From positions 1-64,000 of the forward strand of contig CAVOGR010000001.1 in NCBI GenBank assembly GCA_963695555.1: a stretch of 64,000 nucleotides of DNA, read 5' to 3'. Below, one piece after another: positions 11,065 to 22,717 of the stretch. The position numbers were made by a program, and so were the translations under genes. This DNA is from an uncultured Gemmatimonadales bacterium. GTDB taxonomy: Bacteria > Gemmatimonadota > Gemmatimonadetes > Gemmatimonadales > GWC2-71-9. Each line of letters begins with the position of its first letter. Positions within the stretch are counted from its first letter, which is position 1. A model generated the notes under the pieces. That model searched no databases. It was not told the origin of the DNA and was given only the letters and a program-made list of their open reading frames with translations.

Positions 11065-11493
11065 ATGCCGTTGACCCGCATTTCGATCACCATTCCCGAG
11101 GACGTGGTCGAGGCCGCCGACCGGGCCGCCCGGGAACTGGATCGCTCCCGGAGCTGGCTCGTGGTCGAGGCCCTGAGGCGCTACCTCGCCGACCGGGCCA
11201 GGCCAGCCAGCCGCGTGGCCGAGCCGGTGGCGCCGTATCGGGTGCCGCCGGTGGCGGCCCCGGTGAGGGTGGTGGATGCGGCAGCCGAGGTGGCGGAGGC
11301 ACGGAGGCTCCGTCTCGCGAGCGAACTCCGCTTGTCACCGCTCGAGCGACTCGAGCGGGCGGAGGCGTTGGGACGCCTCGGGCGCGAGGTGCAACGGCGG
11401 GAGCAGGGAGGAGCAGTACGGGCGCAGATCATAGGATTCGATTCTTACGACGACTACTACCGGTGGAAGCGGACGAAACTGATCGGGGCGTAA
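11065..11493 (+). CDS. Ribbon-helix-helix (CopG-like) protein with C-terminal extension
   Basis: RISITIPEDVVEAADRAARELDRSRSWLVVEALRRYL. Confidence 0.75.
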   Translation: MPLTRISITIPEDVVEAADRAARELDRSRSWLVVEALRRYLADRARPASRVAEPVAPYRVPPVAAPVRVVDAAAEVAEARRLRLASELRLSPLERLERAEALGRLGREVQRREQGGAVRAQIIGFDSYDDYYRWKRTKLIGA

Positions 11494-11504
11494 GGCCCAA
11501 GACC

Positions 11505-11957
11505 ATGGCGGCTCAGGTGTGTGCCGCGCTCAACGCATGCGGATCACGGTACCTGGTGATCGGCGGAATCGCCTGTGTGCTACATGGATACGTGCGGGCG
11601 ACAACCGACATCGATATCCTGATCGAGCGCACCGAGGAGAACGCGCGACAAATACTCGCCGCGCTGGGCAGCGTCGGGTATGGCTTTGCTAGGGAATGGC
11701 GTCCGGAGGAGATCCTCGCGCGCCCGATCACGATCATTGGCGACGACCCCCGGGTAGACATCTTTACGGTTGCATGGAGCGTGAACTTCGAGGACGCGGC
11801 ACCCCGCTCATCCGTCGTGGAGATCGAAGGGGTCCCGATTCCGCTCATTGGCCTCGACGACCTGATAGAGACCAAGCGCACCGGGCGGCCCCTGGACGCA
11901 GCCGACATCGAAGCGTTGGAGGAAATCCGGCGGTTGCGGGGGGAAGGGGGGAAGTGA
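11505..11957 (+). CDS. Nucleotidyltransferase (DUF6036-like)
   Basis: YLVIGGIACVLHGYVRATTDIDIL...LIETKRTGRPLDAADIEAL. Confidence 0.75.
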   Translation: MAAQVCAALNACGSRYLVIGGIACVLHGYVRATTDIDILIERTEENARQILAALGSVGYGFAREWRPEEILARPITIIGDDPRVDIFTVAWSVNFEDAAPRSSVVEIEGVPIPLIGLDDLIETKRTGRPLDAADIEALEEIRRLRGEGGK

Positions 11958-12035
11958 GAGGAGTGAGGAGTGAGGAGTGGGATAGGGAGTAGGGAGTAGT
12001 ATGTAGGGAGTAGGAGGGCAGGGCAGGCTCTGGAT

Positions 12036-12155
12036 TGTCATCCCGAGGGTGCAGAGCGCCCGAGGGATCTCGTTAACGCATTTCTGGGGCGTTACGTGGG
12101 AGAGGCGGGGGTTGGGGAAAAATAAAGGAGATCCCTCGCTTCGCTCGGGATGACA
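12036..12155 (+). repeat. Palindromic-ended element copy 5
   Basis: Arms as in copy 1. Confidence 0.95.
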
Positions 12156-12221
12156 GATCCGCCAACCGCCCAACCGCCCAACCGCCCAACCGCCGATCCG
12201 CCGACCTACCAATAGCTAATA

Positions 12222-12238
12222 CTTGACTAAGTCTAGAA
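12222..12238 (+). promoter_or_regulatory. Putative FurA operator overlapping the -35 box
   Basis: AT-rich imperfect palindrome CTTGACTAAGTCTAGAA upstream of furA. Confidence 0.5.
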
Positions 12239-12263
12239 TCAGACCCAGTATTACCCCGCGCCT

Positions 12264-12707
12264 ATGAACCCATCCCACGATCCAGCCGACCTTCTGCGTC
12301 ACCACGGCCTCCAGGTCACGGCCCAGCGTCTGGCCGTGCTGCGGGCGGTGGCGGGTCGGCCGCACGGTACCACCGACGATGTGGCCGAGGCGGTGCGGGG
12401 GGAGATCGGCGCCATCAGTCGCCAGGCGGTGTACGACGCGCTCGGCATCCTGGCCGACAAGGGCTTGATCCGACGCATCCAGCCCGCCGGGTCGCCGGCC
12501 CGCTACGAAGACCGGGTGGGCGACAACCACCACCATCTCATCTGCCGCAGCTGCGGCCAAATGGTCGACGTCGACTGCGCGGTCGGTGCCGTGCCGTGCC
12601 TGACCGCGGCGGATGACGCCGGCTTCGAGATCGACGAGGCCGAAGTGATCTACTGGGGCCGCTGCCCCGAATGCCTGGCAACGGCACCGGCTTCTGCCGG
12701 CGGCTAA
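12264..12707 (+). CDS. furA: Fur-family peroxide regulator (FurA-like)
   Basis: TAQRLAVL...[11 protein letters not shown]...[13 protein letters not shown]; directly upstream of katG. Confidence 0.85.
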   Translation: MNPSHDPADLLRHHGLQVTAQRLAVLRAVAGRPHGTTDDVAEAVRGEIGAISRQAVYDALGILADKGLIRRIQPAGSPARYEDRVGDNHHHLICRSCGQMVDVDCAVGAVPCLTAADDAGFEIDEAEVIYWGRCPECLATAPASAGG

Positions 12708-14983
<2,276 letters not shown>

Positions 14984-15012
14984 TGTTTGCCGCGATGTGA
15001 GTGCGGGCAAAG

Positions 15013-15135
15013 GGCTATTGGCTATTGCTATTGGTCCTTTGCCGTTGGAGATCGCGACGGGGCAGCCAGCTATTGGCTATTAGCTATTGGTCTCTGCACG
15101 GGACGGCCAATAGCCATTAGCCAATAGCCATTAGC
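15013..15135. repeat. Inverted heptamer tracts (GCTATTG/A)n ... (CCAATAG)n between convergent genes
   Basis: Read directly; same family at 6884-6906, 15727-15835, 32791-32866 and 43755-43822. Confidence 0.85.
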
Positions 15136-15162
15136 ACTCACCCTGAATCGCTCCCTCTCTGC

Positions 15163-15678
15163 TCACTCACACACCGTCCGGTGCGACTCTCGCTCCACCG
15201 TGACCTCGCCATTCGCGTTCATCGTGTACTTGTAGGTGATCCAGTCATTCCACGATGGGGCTTGCGCCTTGCCGACCCAGAGGGATACGAGCACGTCGTT
15301 ATAGACCCGCACAGACCCCGGCGGGAAATACACCGCCGTGGGCCATGACTGGTGGTAGATCCACTCCGAACCGAACTCACCAATGCCCGTCCCATGAGCC
15401 ACGCAGTTGCCTTGGCTGTGATAGCCTCCGGCACCATCTTCATGCTCGCTCCACTGACACATGCCGGTGACGGTGAAATGCGCTAACTCGAACGGTTCTG
15501 GACCACATTGTACGTAGTTGTCGAACTCATCAGTGAACCTGAACCTGTTGTGAGGCCCGCCGGCGGCAAACTCCGGTGCGCTCAGGCCGGGTTCGGCATT
15601 CGGTTCGACCGGCGCGTCTTGGCAGCTCGCGACCAGGAAGGCCCCGAGCGCGAGGGCGATTGGGAATCTGAATCTCAT
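15163..15678 (-). CDS. Hypothetical lipoprotein (family A, copy 1)
   Basis: MRFRFPIALALGAFLVASC lipobox; GGAGG RBS. Confidence 0.7.
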   Translation of the reverse strand: MRFRFPIALALGAFLVASCQDAPVEPNAEPGLSAPEFAAGGPHNRFRFTDEFDNYVQCGPEPFELAHFTVTGMCQWSEHEDGAGGYHSQGNCVAHGTGIGEFGSEWIYHQSWPTAVYFPPGSVRVYNDVLVSLWVGKAQAPSWNDWITYKYTMNANGEVTVERESHRTVCE

Positions 15679-15868
15679 GCTGCACCTCCGATCCTTTGGA
15701 TGTTCGATATCGTGACAATGCAGAGAGCTATTGGCTATTAGCTATTGGTCCTTTGTCGGTTTGCGATCGCGACGAAGCCAAGCCGCCATTGGCTATTGGT
15801 CTCTGCACGGGCAAGGTCAATAGCCAATAACTAATGGCTGCAAGCCTTACAGTGATCTCTCCCTGCAC

Positions 15869-15992
15869 CTACGGCTCATACGCCGAGTTCTTGTTGTAGT
15901 GGCAGACGAGCCTGGCCCTGTCCGCTGGGTGTCACGGTCGCGTGCCAGTTCAGCGTGAACACGAAGTCGCCGTCGTTGTTGAACACGGCGCA
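15869..15992 (-). pseudogene. 3' remnant of a family-B lipoprotein gene
   Basis: Close copy of 16799-16921 (CAVFNNDGDFVFTLNWHATVTPSG...NSAYEP) without its 5' part. Confidence 0.8.
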
Positions 15993-16057
15993 TGGTTACG
16001 CCTCCCACCTAATGGCCACTAGCGAATCTCTTCCTGCGCCAAGCCCAGGATTGACGT

Positions 16058-16601
16058 TCACGCCGGGTGGCAGTGCCCCCACCACTCGTGACGCTCCATC
16101 CTGGGACTCCCGTCGGCATCGTACATGAAACGCCCTACGATCCTGATGTGGAGCCTGTCTCCGTCATCGTTCTCGTACCACTCGTTCGACTGGTAATGCT
16201 GGATGAACTGGGGGCCCTTGTCCTTTGTGATCCACCCGGTCCCCTGGTTCTCGGCCTTCGTGATGTACCAGATCTCGTTCGACGTTTCCCCTTGAAGCCA
16301 GGTGAGCTCAGGGGTATCGAAATAGTCGATTTTCCAGGATGCTATCCAATTGCCCGACGGGGTCGTCCACTCCGACCAAATGATGTCGACCGTGCCATAC
16401 CAGAGCAGGGTCTCGCCCAGGCAATCGATATAGGTCTCGGTGCCGGCGAGTGGAAGCACAAAGCGGTCTAGCGTCTTCTCGACTTTGAAGACCGGAGCTG
16501 CGTCCAGGCCCGGCTCGACAGTCGGTTCGACCGGAGCATCCTGGCAGCTCGCGACCAGGCAGGCCCGCGAGCGCGAGGGCAATTGGGAATCTGAATCTCA
16601 T
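16058..16601 (-). CDS. Hypothetical lipoprotein (family A, copy 2), frameshift in signal peptide
   Basis: MRFRFPIALAL / LVASCQDAPVEP nearly identical to copy 1; mature part divergent. Confidence 0.65.
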
Positions 16602-16798
16602 GCTACACCTCCAATTCGTAGCCGATTGGATATTGCAGCAAGGGAAGCAGCTATCGGCTATCGGCTATCAGTCCTTCAGGGTCTGCCCGACCGAGACCGA
16701 TAGCTGATCAGCTAGTGGCCTTATCTCGATCTCTCTCTGCACCCGACCGATAGCTGATAGCTGATAGCTCTCCGCCCTACAGCGATCCCTCCCTGCAC

Positions 16799-17296
16799 CT
16801 ACGGCTCATACGCCGAGTTCTGGCTGTAGTGGCAGGCGAACGAGGCATTGCCGCTGGGTGTCACGGTCGCGTGCCAGTTGAGCGTGAACACGAAGTCGCC
16901 GTCGTTGTTGAACACGGCGCACGGGTATGGCGGCTCTGTGATGCCGAAGAACTCGGCGAAGACAGCCTTCCATTCCCATCCTGGGTTGTCGGGGCCCCAG
17001 TGGACGACCCGGCCGGTCGGGTTGGGTACGCCCTTGGCCTGGGCGATCAGGTTCGAGTTCCCGTGGGTGCTGGGGTTGGTGACCTGCATCCGGCAGTCCA
17101 CACCATAGACGAGGGCGCCGGTGCCATCGATCACGCCGCATTCCTGGTCGGGCAGCCAAATCCTGGCCCCGTTGTCGTTGCCACGGCCGAACGCCACCGT
17201 GCTAGCTGCCGCGTCGTCCGTGGCTGTCGGCGGTGCGTCGCATGCGACCCAGAGCACGCCCACGGCTATCAACGCAAAGGCTTTGAGCCAACGCAT
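16799..17296 (-). CDS. Hypothetical lipoprotein (family B)
   Basis: Signal peptide ending WVAC; FGRGN...CGVIDG...GVPNPTG. Confidence 0.7.
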   Translation of the reverse strand: MRWLKAFALIAVGVLWVACDAPPTATDDAAASTVAFGRGNDNGARIWLPDQECGVIDGTGALVYGVDCRMQVTNPSTHGNSNLIAQAKGVPNPTGRVVHWGPDNPGWEWKAVFAEFFGITEPPYPCAVFNNDGDFVFTLNWHATVTPSGNASFACHYSQNSAYEP

Positions 17297-17335
17297 GGTT
17301 CAACCTCCCATTCGTACGGCTGTCGCTCGAGTGCC

Positions 17336-17836
17336 CTATGGAATTGGGAACTCGTAGGACGAGTTCTTGTTGTAGTGGCAGATCAACTTTGCCTCACCGC
17401 TGGCCGAGACGTTGTTCGACCAGTGGAGCGTGAACGTGGCACCCCAGTACCGGTCGTAGACGAAGCAGGGCGCCGGTGGAGCATCGAGCCCCCAGGCATC
17501 CAGCATGATCTGCGGCGGGTTGTAGGCGTCCCACCGAATAGCTTTCCCGGTCGGATTGGCGACCCCGGACACCTTCACCACTACCATGGCATTCCCATTT
17601 GGGCTGGCCGTGGCGATCTGATGCTCACAATCGACCGTGACCCCTTCGCCGTTCCCGTCGATCACGCCACAGAAGGGGTCGGGCAGCAAGAACGCGGTCC
17701 CTCTGTTGTTCCCGCGCCCAAATGAAACGGTTCCTACGTCGGCGTCATCATTTGCTGCCGTTGATGTCGTGGGCGGATCGCTGCAGCCGAAGGCCACCAG
17801 CACCGCGAGCGCCGCCGCGTAGATCTTGCCGGTCAT
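17336..17836 (-). CDS. Hypothetical lipoprotein (family B paralogue)
   Basis: AAGGAGG RBS; MTGKIYAAALAVLVAFGC; shares FGRGN/CGVIDG/NPTG/CHY motifs with its neighbour. Confidence 0.7.
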   Translation of the reverse strand: MTGKIYAAALAVLVAFGCSDPPTTSTAANDDADVGTVSFGRGNNRGTAFLLPDPFCGVIDGNGEGVTVDCEHQIATASPNGNAMVVVKVSGVANPTGKAIRWDAYNPPQIMLDAWGLDAPPAPCFVYDRYWGATFTLHWSNNVSASGEAKLICHYNKNSSYEFPIP

Positions 17837-18173
17837 GAGCTCCTCCTTGGTGAATGAGCCGCCGCTACAGTGCGGTTGGGCGGTCTCGGAGTCGGAGGGG
17901 CGTCGAACGAACGGCGTCGAACCAGCGGCGGGATCGCCCAGGCCAGCGGCGATTGAGGTGTCGCGATTGTCCCCAAGTACTACTATGGGACACAAATGAT
18001 CGTGAGATTTGTGAGAAAAAAATTCACGAAAACGAGCGCTAGGGTTTTCCCTAAAACCCGAAGCGATGGGTCGTGAAAGAGGGAGGAGTGAGGAGTGAGG
18101 AGTGAGGAGTGAGACAGATAGCGGATGGGCGGCTCCGATGCACGCGATCCGCCGATCCGTCACGGGCTGCGTG

Positions 18174-18287
18174 GATGTGATCGGGGCCCTCGTCGCTTTA
18201 GCGACAGCAGCCGAGTCGCGGCTTTAGCCGCGGACTCGGGCGGAGGTCGAGCAACGGTTGAGGAGATCCCTCGCGCTCTGGATGACA
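18174..18287 (+). repeat. Second-family hairpin repeat plus degenerate solo short arm
   Basis: CCGAGTCGCGGCTTTAGCCGCGGACTCGG...GAGATCCCTCGCGCTCTGGATGACA. Confidence 0.8.
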
Positions 18288-18392
18288 GACGGAAAGGCGG
18301 AAAGACGGTGGAAAGCGGGTGAAGAGGGTCAGCGATCCGGCAACTGACCGACTCACCCACTCCACGGCTTCCCAACTGACCGTCTTCCCGAC

Positions 18393-19436
18393 TTACTGCA
18401 TTCCCTCCATCCCCTTTGGCGGCCCCTGGTTGATCTTGATCTCGGCCACCTCGACCACGCTCTCGAAGGCACCCTCGTCCGCCATCATGGCCATCTGCGC
18501 GCGGGCCTGCTTGAGCCTCCCCTCCACCATGGCGCGGGCCGCCGGCGGCATCTTTTCGAGCTCGGCATCCATCTTTTCCATCTCGGCCCGGGCCTTCTCC
18601 AGCTTCTTGCGTTCTTTCGGGTCCATGCCCTCCATCATGCCGGACATGCGCATCACCTGACGGTACGACTCATAGAGCGGCCCGGCCTTGCGGTAGTCCT
18701 CGCTCACGCGGTCGATGGTGATCGGCCTGGTTTCACCCTTCGCCTTCATGGTGCCGTCCATCGTCATGCGGAGCGGGACGTAGTGCTCGGTGTCGATCCA
18801 GACGCTCATGGTGTTGAGGGTGAACTGGGTCTCGTCATCCGGCTGGGTGAGGTCGATGTCGTCGAGCTTCTCGGCCCGGAGCTGATACGCGTTCCGGCCG
18901 TTCACGCTCTCGGTGCCGACGACTTTGGCGCGCCGCGCGAACTCCGACATCGCCCGGGCGTTGTCCGCGGCATCGGCCCGCCCGTATCCGCCGGCCGCCG
19001 CCTCTTCCTTGCCCTTCGCGGCCCCGCGGAGCATCATGCCATAGTCCCCCATCATCCCGCTCATGTTCATGCCCGGCATCATCGGGCCGCCGTCCTCGCT
19101 GGGCTGCTTCTCCGCCTCCTTCATCATCACGGCCGCGGAATCCGTCCCCTTGGCCGCCTCGCGCAGCTCCTCCGCGCTATAGTCCGGACCGCCACGGGCG
19201 GCGTACTCGAGCATGGGGACCAGCCGGAACGCCGGTTGGCCATTGACCTCGAACTTCTCGAAGTACATGGCTACCTGCTGGCCGCTCATCGTTTGGATCA
19301 CGGTGTAGTTGTCGACCGTCTTCCAGCGCTCGGCCTGCTTGGCCTGCACGGTCTGGAGGACTTCTTGGGCATCCTGGGCAGAAAGCGGCGTGAACGCCGC
19401 CACGGCCAGTATGGACAGGGTCAGGCTGCGGAGCAT
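18393..19436 (-). CDS. Exported Met-rich hypothetical protein, possibly LolA-like fold
   Basis: AGGAGG RBS; signal peptide; VVGTESVNGRNAY...VWIDTEHYVPLRM pattern. Confidence 0.6.
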   Translation of the reverse strand: MLRSLTLSILAVAAFTPLSAQDAQEVLQTVQAKQAERWKTVDNYTVIQTMSGQQVAMYFEKFEVNGQPAFRLVPMLEYAARGGPDYSAEELREAAKGTDSAAVMMKEAEKQPSEDGGPMMPGMNMSGMMGDYGMMLRGAAKGKEEAAAGGYGRADAADNARAMSEFARRAKVVGTESVNGRNAYQLRAEKLDDIDLTQPDDETQFTLNTMSVWIDTEHYVPLRMTMDGTMKAKGETRPITIDRVSEDYRKAGPLYESYRQVMRMSGMMEGMDPKERKKLEKARAEMEKMDAELEKMPPAARAMVEGRLKQARAQMAMMADEGAFESVVEVAEIKINQGPPKGMEGMQ

Positions 19437-19650
19437 GATACGACCTCCTGGGGGGGGTGAGGCCCTGAATCGCTGATTGGTAGATCTTCGTAACGTATCG
19501 GCAGGAGGAGAGCCGTCAACCGGGAAGACGGGAAGGCGGGAAGTGAGGAGTGAGGAGCGGGACAGACGGCGGATGGGTGGGTGGGCGGTTGGATGACGCC
19601 CGTCTATTCCATACATTCCGAACCGCCGAACCGCCGAACCGCCGAACCGC

Positions 19651-21219
19651 CTATCGCGGCTCCCTCCGGGGCGCGAAGCAACTCAACCACGGCCGCGGCT
19701 GCTTGGTGCGCGGGTCGATCGGCAGCACGGCCCGGTCGCGGCCCATCCGCTCCGGATCCTCCGAGGCCTGGTAGGCCAGCATGGCCGCGAGGGTCGCGTT
19801 CTCCCTCAAGTCGTCGAACACGATCTTGTCGTAGGTGTCCCGATTGGTGTGCCAGGTGTACTGGCGGTACTCGTCGTACGGCGACTGCAGTCGGAAACTC
19901 GGCGCGCCGGTGCAGAGGAACGAGATATGGTCGCTGCCCCGGTTGTCCTGCGCACCTGGCAGTTCGAGTGCGATGTGCTCGGAGATTTCGAGTGGCACGG
20001 CTCCCATCCACTTGGGAAGGAACTTGTCCGCGTCGGCCATGCCCTGGCCCTCGATCTTCTCGAACCGCCAGGTGCCGTTGTCTTGATTGAAGGCAACCTG
20101 GAGCCCCTCGAGCACCTCGGGATGGTCTTCCCGAAACGAGGCCGACCCGATGAGCCCCATCTCCTCCGCACCCCAGTGGCCCACCAGGATGGTGCGGCGC
20201 GGCCGCGGGTAGGTCTCCTTCAGGATCCGCATGGCCTCGAGCATGGTGATGGTGCCGGTGCCGTTATCGGTGGCGCCGGTCGCCGCGTGCCAGGAATCGA
20301 GATGCGCGCCGAGGAGGACGTACTCGTTGGGAAACTCGGTGCCTTTCAGCTCGGCGATGACGTTGAACTGCGGCACCACGCCCAGGTCTTGGGCTTGCGC
20401 CTCAACCCGGAGCACCGGCTCGAGGCCGTCCGACGCGAGACGGTACAACAGGCCGTAATCTTCGCACGACAGATCGATCGAGACCGCGCGGGTGTTCAGT
20501 GTCGAGTGGATCTTGTTGACGCCCCAGCCGCCGGACCAATACGAGGTCAGAATCCCCAGGGCGCCGGCCGAGTCGAAGGCAAGCTCGCCACGGCGCATGC
20601 CACCCAGCGGCCGGAGCCGCGCTATCCACTCTTCTCTCATGGCCTCGCGCTGGGCGTTGATCCGCTCAACCGTCTCGGGCCGGGCGTACTGCTCCAGTTC
20701 CTGGTGCGCACGACACGTCGGCTCCGGCGGCGACAACAGCACGAATTTTCCACGCACGCCCCTGAGCCACTCGCGGGCCGTCTCCCTGGTCAGTCCTTCG
20801 GGCGGCAACACCACCTCGGCTTGTTTCGGCCCGTTGGTACCTGGACTCCACGCGAGCAACTCGGCCTCGAGGGTCTGGACCCGGGGCTCGATCATGTCGA
20901 CGTGGAGCGTTCCTTGTTGCCAGCCGTTCCAGGTGCCGTACTGCTCCTTGCGCGCTGTCACGCCCCAGCCCTGGTAGCGTTCGAGCAGCCAGTCCTGCGC
21001 CGCGGCCAGGTTGGGCGAGCCGGCCAGCCGCGGGCCGATCACGTCCATCAGCACGTGGGCCAGCTGTTCGGTCTGGGACTGCTCGATCCCGACCTGCCAC
21101 ATGCGGCTGATGATCGAGTCGTTGGTGGGGAAGGTCTGGGCCTCGGCCCGGGTGGCGACGGGCAGAGCGAGCAGGGCGGCAGGTAGGATCAGGCGATGAG
21201 CGGTGCGGGAGAGGCGCAT
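19651..21219 (-). CDS. M28-family metallopeptidase (carboxypeptidase Q-like)
   Basis: GPRLAGS, GAHLDSW, GATDNGTG, AEEMGLIGS, SDH, HTNRDT. Confidence 0.9.
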   Translation of the reverse strand: MRLSRTAHRLILPAALLALPVATRAEAQTFPTNDSIISRMWQVGIEQSQTEQLAHVLMDVIGPRLAGSPNLAAAQDWLLERYQGWGVTARKEQYGTWNGWQQGTLHVDMIEPRVQTLEAELLAWSPGTNGPKQAEVVLPPEGLTRETAREWLRGVRGKFVLLSPPEPTCRAHQELEQYARPETVERINAQREAMREEWIARLRPLGGMRRGELAFDSAGALGILTSYWSGGWGVNKIHSTLNTRAVSIDLSCEDYGLLYRLASDGLEPVLRVEAQAQDLGVVPQFNVIAELKGTEFPNEYVLLGAHLDSWHAATGATDNGTGTITMLEAMRILKETYPRPRRTILVGHWGAEEMGLIGSASFREDHPEVLEGLQVAFNQDNGTWRFEKIEGQGMADADKFLPKWMGAVPLEISEHIALELPGAQDNRGSDHISFLCTGAPSFRLQSPYDEYRQYTWHTNRDTYDKIVFDDLRENATLAAMLAYQASEDPERMGRDRAVLPIDPRTKQPRPWLSCFAPRREPR

Positions 21220-21340
21220 TGGTGTCGAATCCGGTCGGTGGATGTCGGGTAAGGTAGTACGGTTAGGTACGGTGCACGGGCCGGGGCGGTTTCTAAGGAG
21301 TGAGGAGTGAGGAGTGAGGAGGACCGGACAACCACGGAAC

Positions 21341-21461
21341 TGTCATCCCGAGGGTGCGGAGCACCCGAGGGATCTCGTTAACGCATGTCCGGGGAGTTTC
21401 CGAAGGCCCGGCGGAGGTCGGGGAACAGTTGAGTAGATCCCTCGCTTCGCTCGGGATGACA
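21341..21461 (+). repeat. Palindromic-ended element copy 6
   Basis: Arms as in copy 1. Confidence 0.95.
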
Positions 21462-21650
21462 CTCCCTGCACCCGACCGATAGCCGATAGCTGTTGGCCCT
21501 TTCGAGATCTCTCTATTCTCACGCGGCTAAAGCCGCTGCTCGGCACGGCGTGGCTGTCGCCACGCGCTGCGGGGGCAGAGATTCTTCCCGCGGCCACCTC
21601 CTCACTCCTTACTCCTTACTCCTCACTCTTAGACCAATAGCCAATAGCCC

Positions 21651-22130
21651 TCAGCCACCCTGCCTCGTGTAGCTCCCATCCATGAAATTCACCCACGTCT
21701 CGCCGTCGTCCGACATCTCCATCTTGGACGTCATCGTGCCTGGCTTGGACATGTCGTACGTCAGCCGTGAGTAGCGTGGACCGCCCGGGGAGGTATGCTC
21801 GCAAATCAGGATCAACACCTCGCCCGCGAAGTTACCTGTGAACACGTTGGGCGGCACGCCCATGGAATCGAACCAGTAGAGCACGTGGCTTTTCAGGTTT
21901 GCGTCATACATGTGGACGCTGTGACCGGTGAAGGTCACCTGTCCGTCCTTCTCCTGCTGGTAGTCCCCGATCACCACGAAATCGCCCAATGCCAGGCGGG
22001 TTTCGTTCCGGGCTTGCACGGTCGAGCCGTTGGGGTTCCACCGGGAGGGATGCAGGACTTCTTCACCGGTCCAGGTTCCGGCGAACCTAGCAAGGTTCTG
22101 GTGCACTTCGGTTGGCTTGGACATGTGCAT
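21651..22130 (-). CDS. DUF1579-like beta-barrel protein
   Basis: HQNLARFAGTWTGEE...YWFDSMG...MEMSDDGETWVNFMDGSYTR. Confidence 0.7.
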   Translation of the reverse strand: MHMSKPTEVHQNLARFAGTWTGEEVLHPSRWNPNGSTVQARNETRLALGDFVVIGDYQQEKDGQVTFTGHSVHMYDANLKSHVLYWFDSMGVPPNVFTGNFAGEVLILICEHTSPGGPRYSRLTYDMSKPGTMTSKMEMSDDGETWVNFMDGSYTRQGG

Positions 22131-22425
22131 GATGTGATCTCAGTTGAAGTTCCGGGCTCCAGTTGGGATCCGACCCTGGATCGAGTGCGATTCGACGACC
22201 GGCAGCTATCGGCTATCGGTGCTTTGGTAAGGCTGAGAGCTGCTGATAGTACTAACCCAGCGGATCGATCCGTCCCTGCATCAAACGCCTAAATGTAGCC
22301 GGGAACTGAGTGCGCTGGGTGAGGGGAAGGCGGGAAGAGGGAAGTGAGAAAAGGGAGTAAGGAGTTAGGAGTGAGGAGTGAGGAGTGAGGAGTGGGGAGA
22401 GAGGAGGGCGGCCGTTTCTTTGGAT

Positions 22426-22543
22426 TGTCATCCCGAGCGAAGCGAGGGATCTCCTCGAAGCGTCCCGGACTCCGCATCGCATACGGAAGCTCCAAGCATG
22501 CTTTAACGAGATCCCTCGGGCGCTTCGCACCCTCGGGATGACA
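22426..22543 (-). repeat. Palindromic-ended element copy 7 (inverted)
   Basis: Short arm first, long arm last. Confidence 0.95.
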
Positions 22544-22717
22544 ATACGGAGGTTACCCAGCCTCCCTACTCCCTGTTTGCCACTCCCAACCCCCAGTCTG
22601 ACCCATCGCTTCCCGCCCTCCCGCCGACCCGCCCTGAAACATTCCCCTCCCTCTCATCGTACCGAACTGAAACGTCCACCATCGACCCGAACGGCTCCAC
22701 CTCGACCGAGGTTCCCC

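Noticed and set aside
22385..22717. Long N-terminal extensions in the ORF track (M28, pdxH, DUF6036 and TPR genes)
   Set aside because: They run through repeat DNA or lie upstream of better starts that have an RBS or signal peptide.
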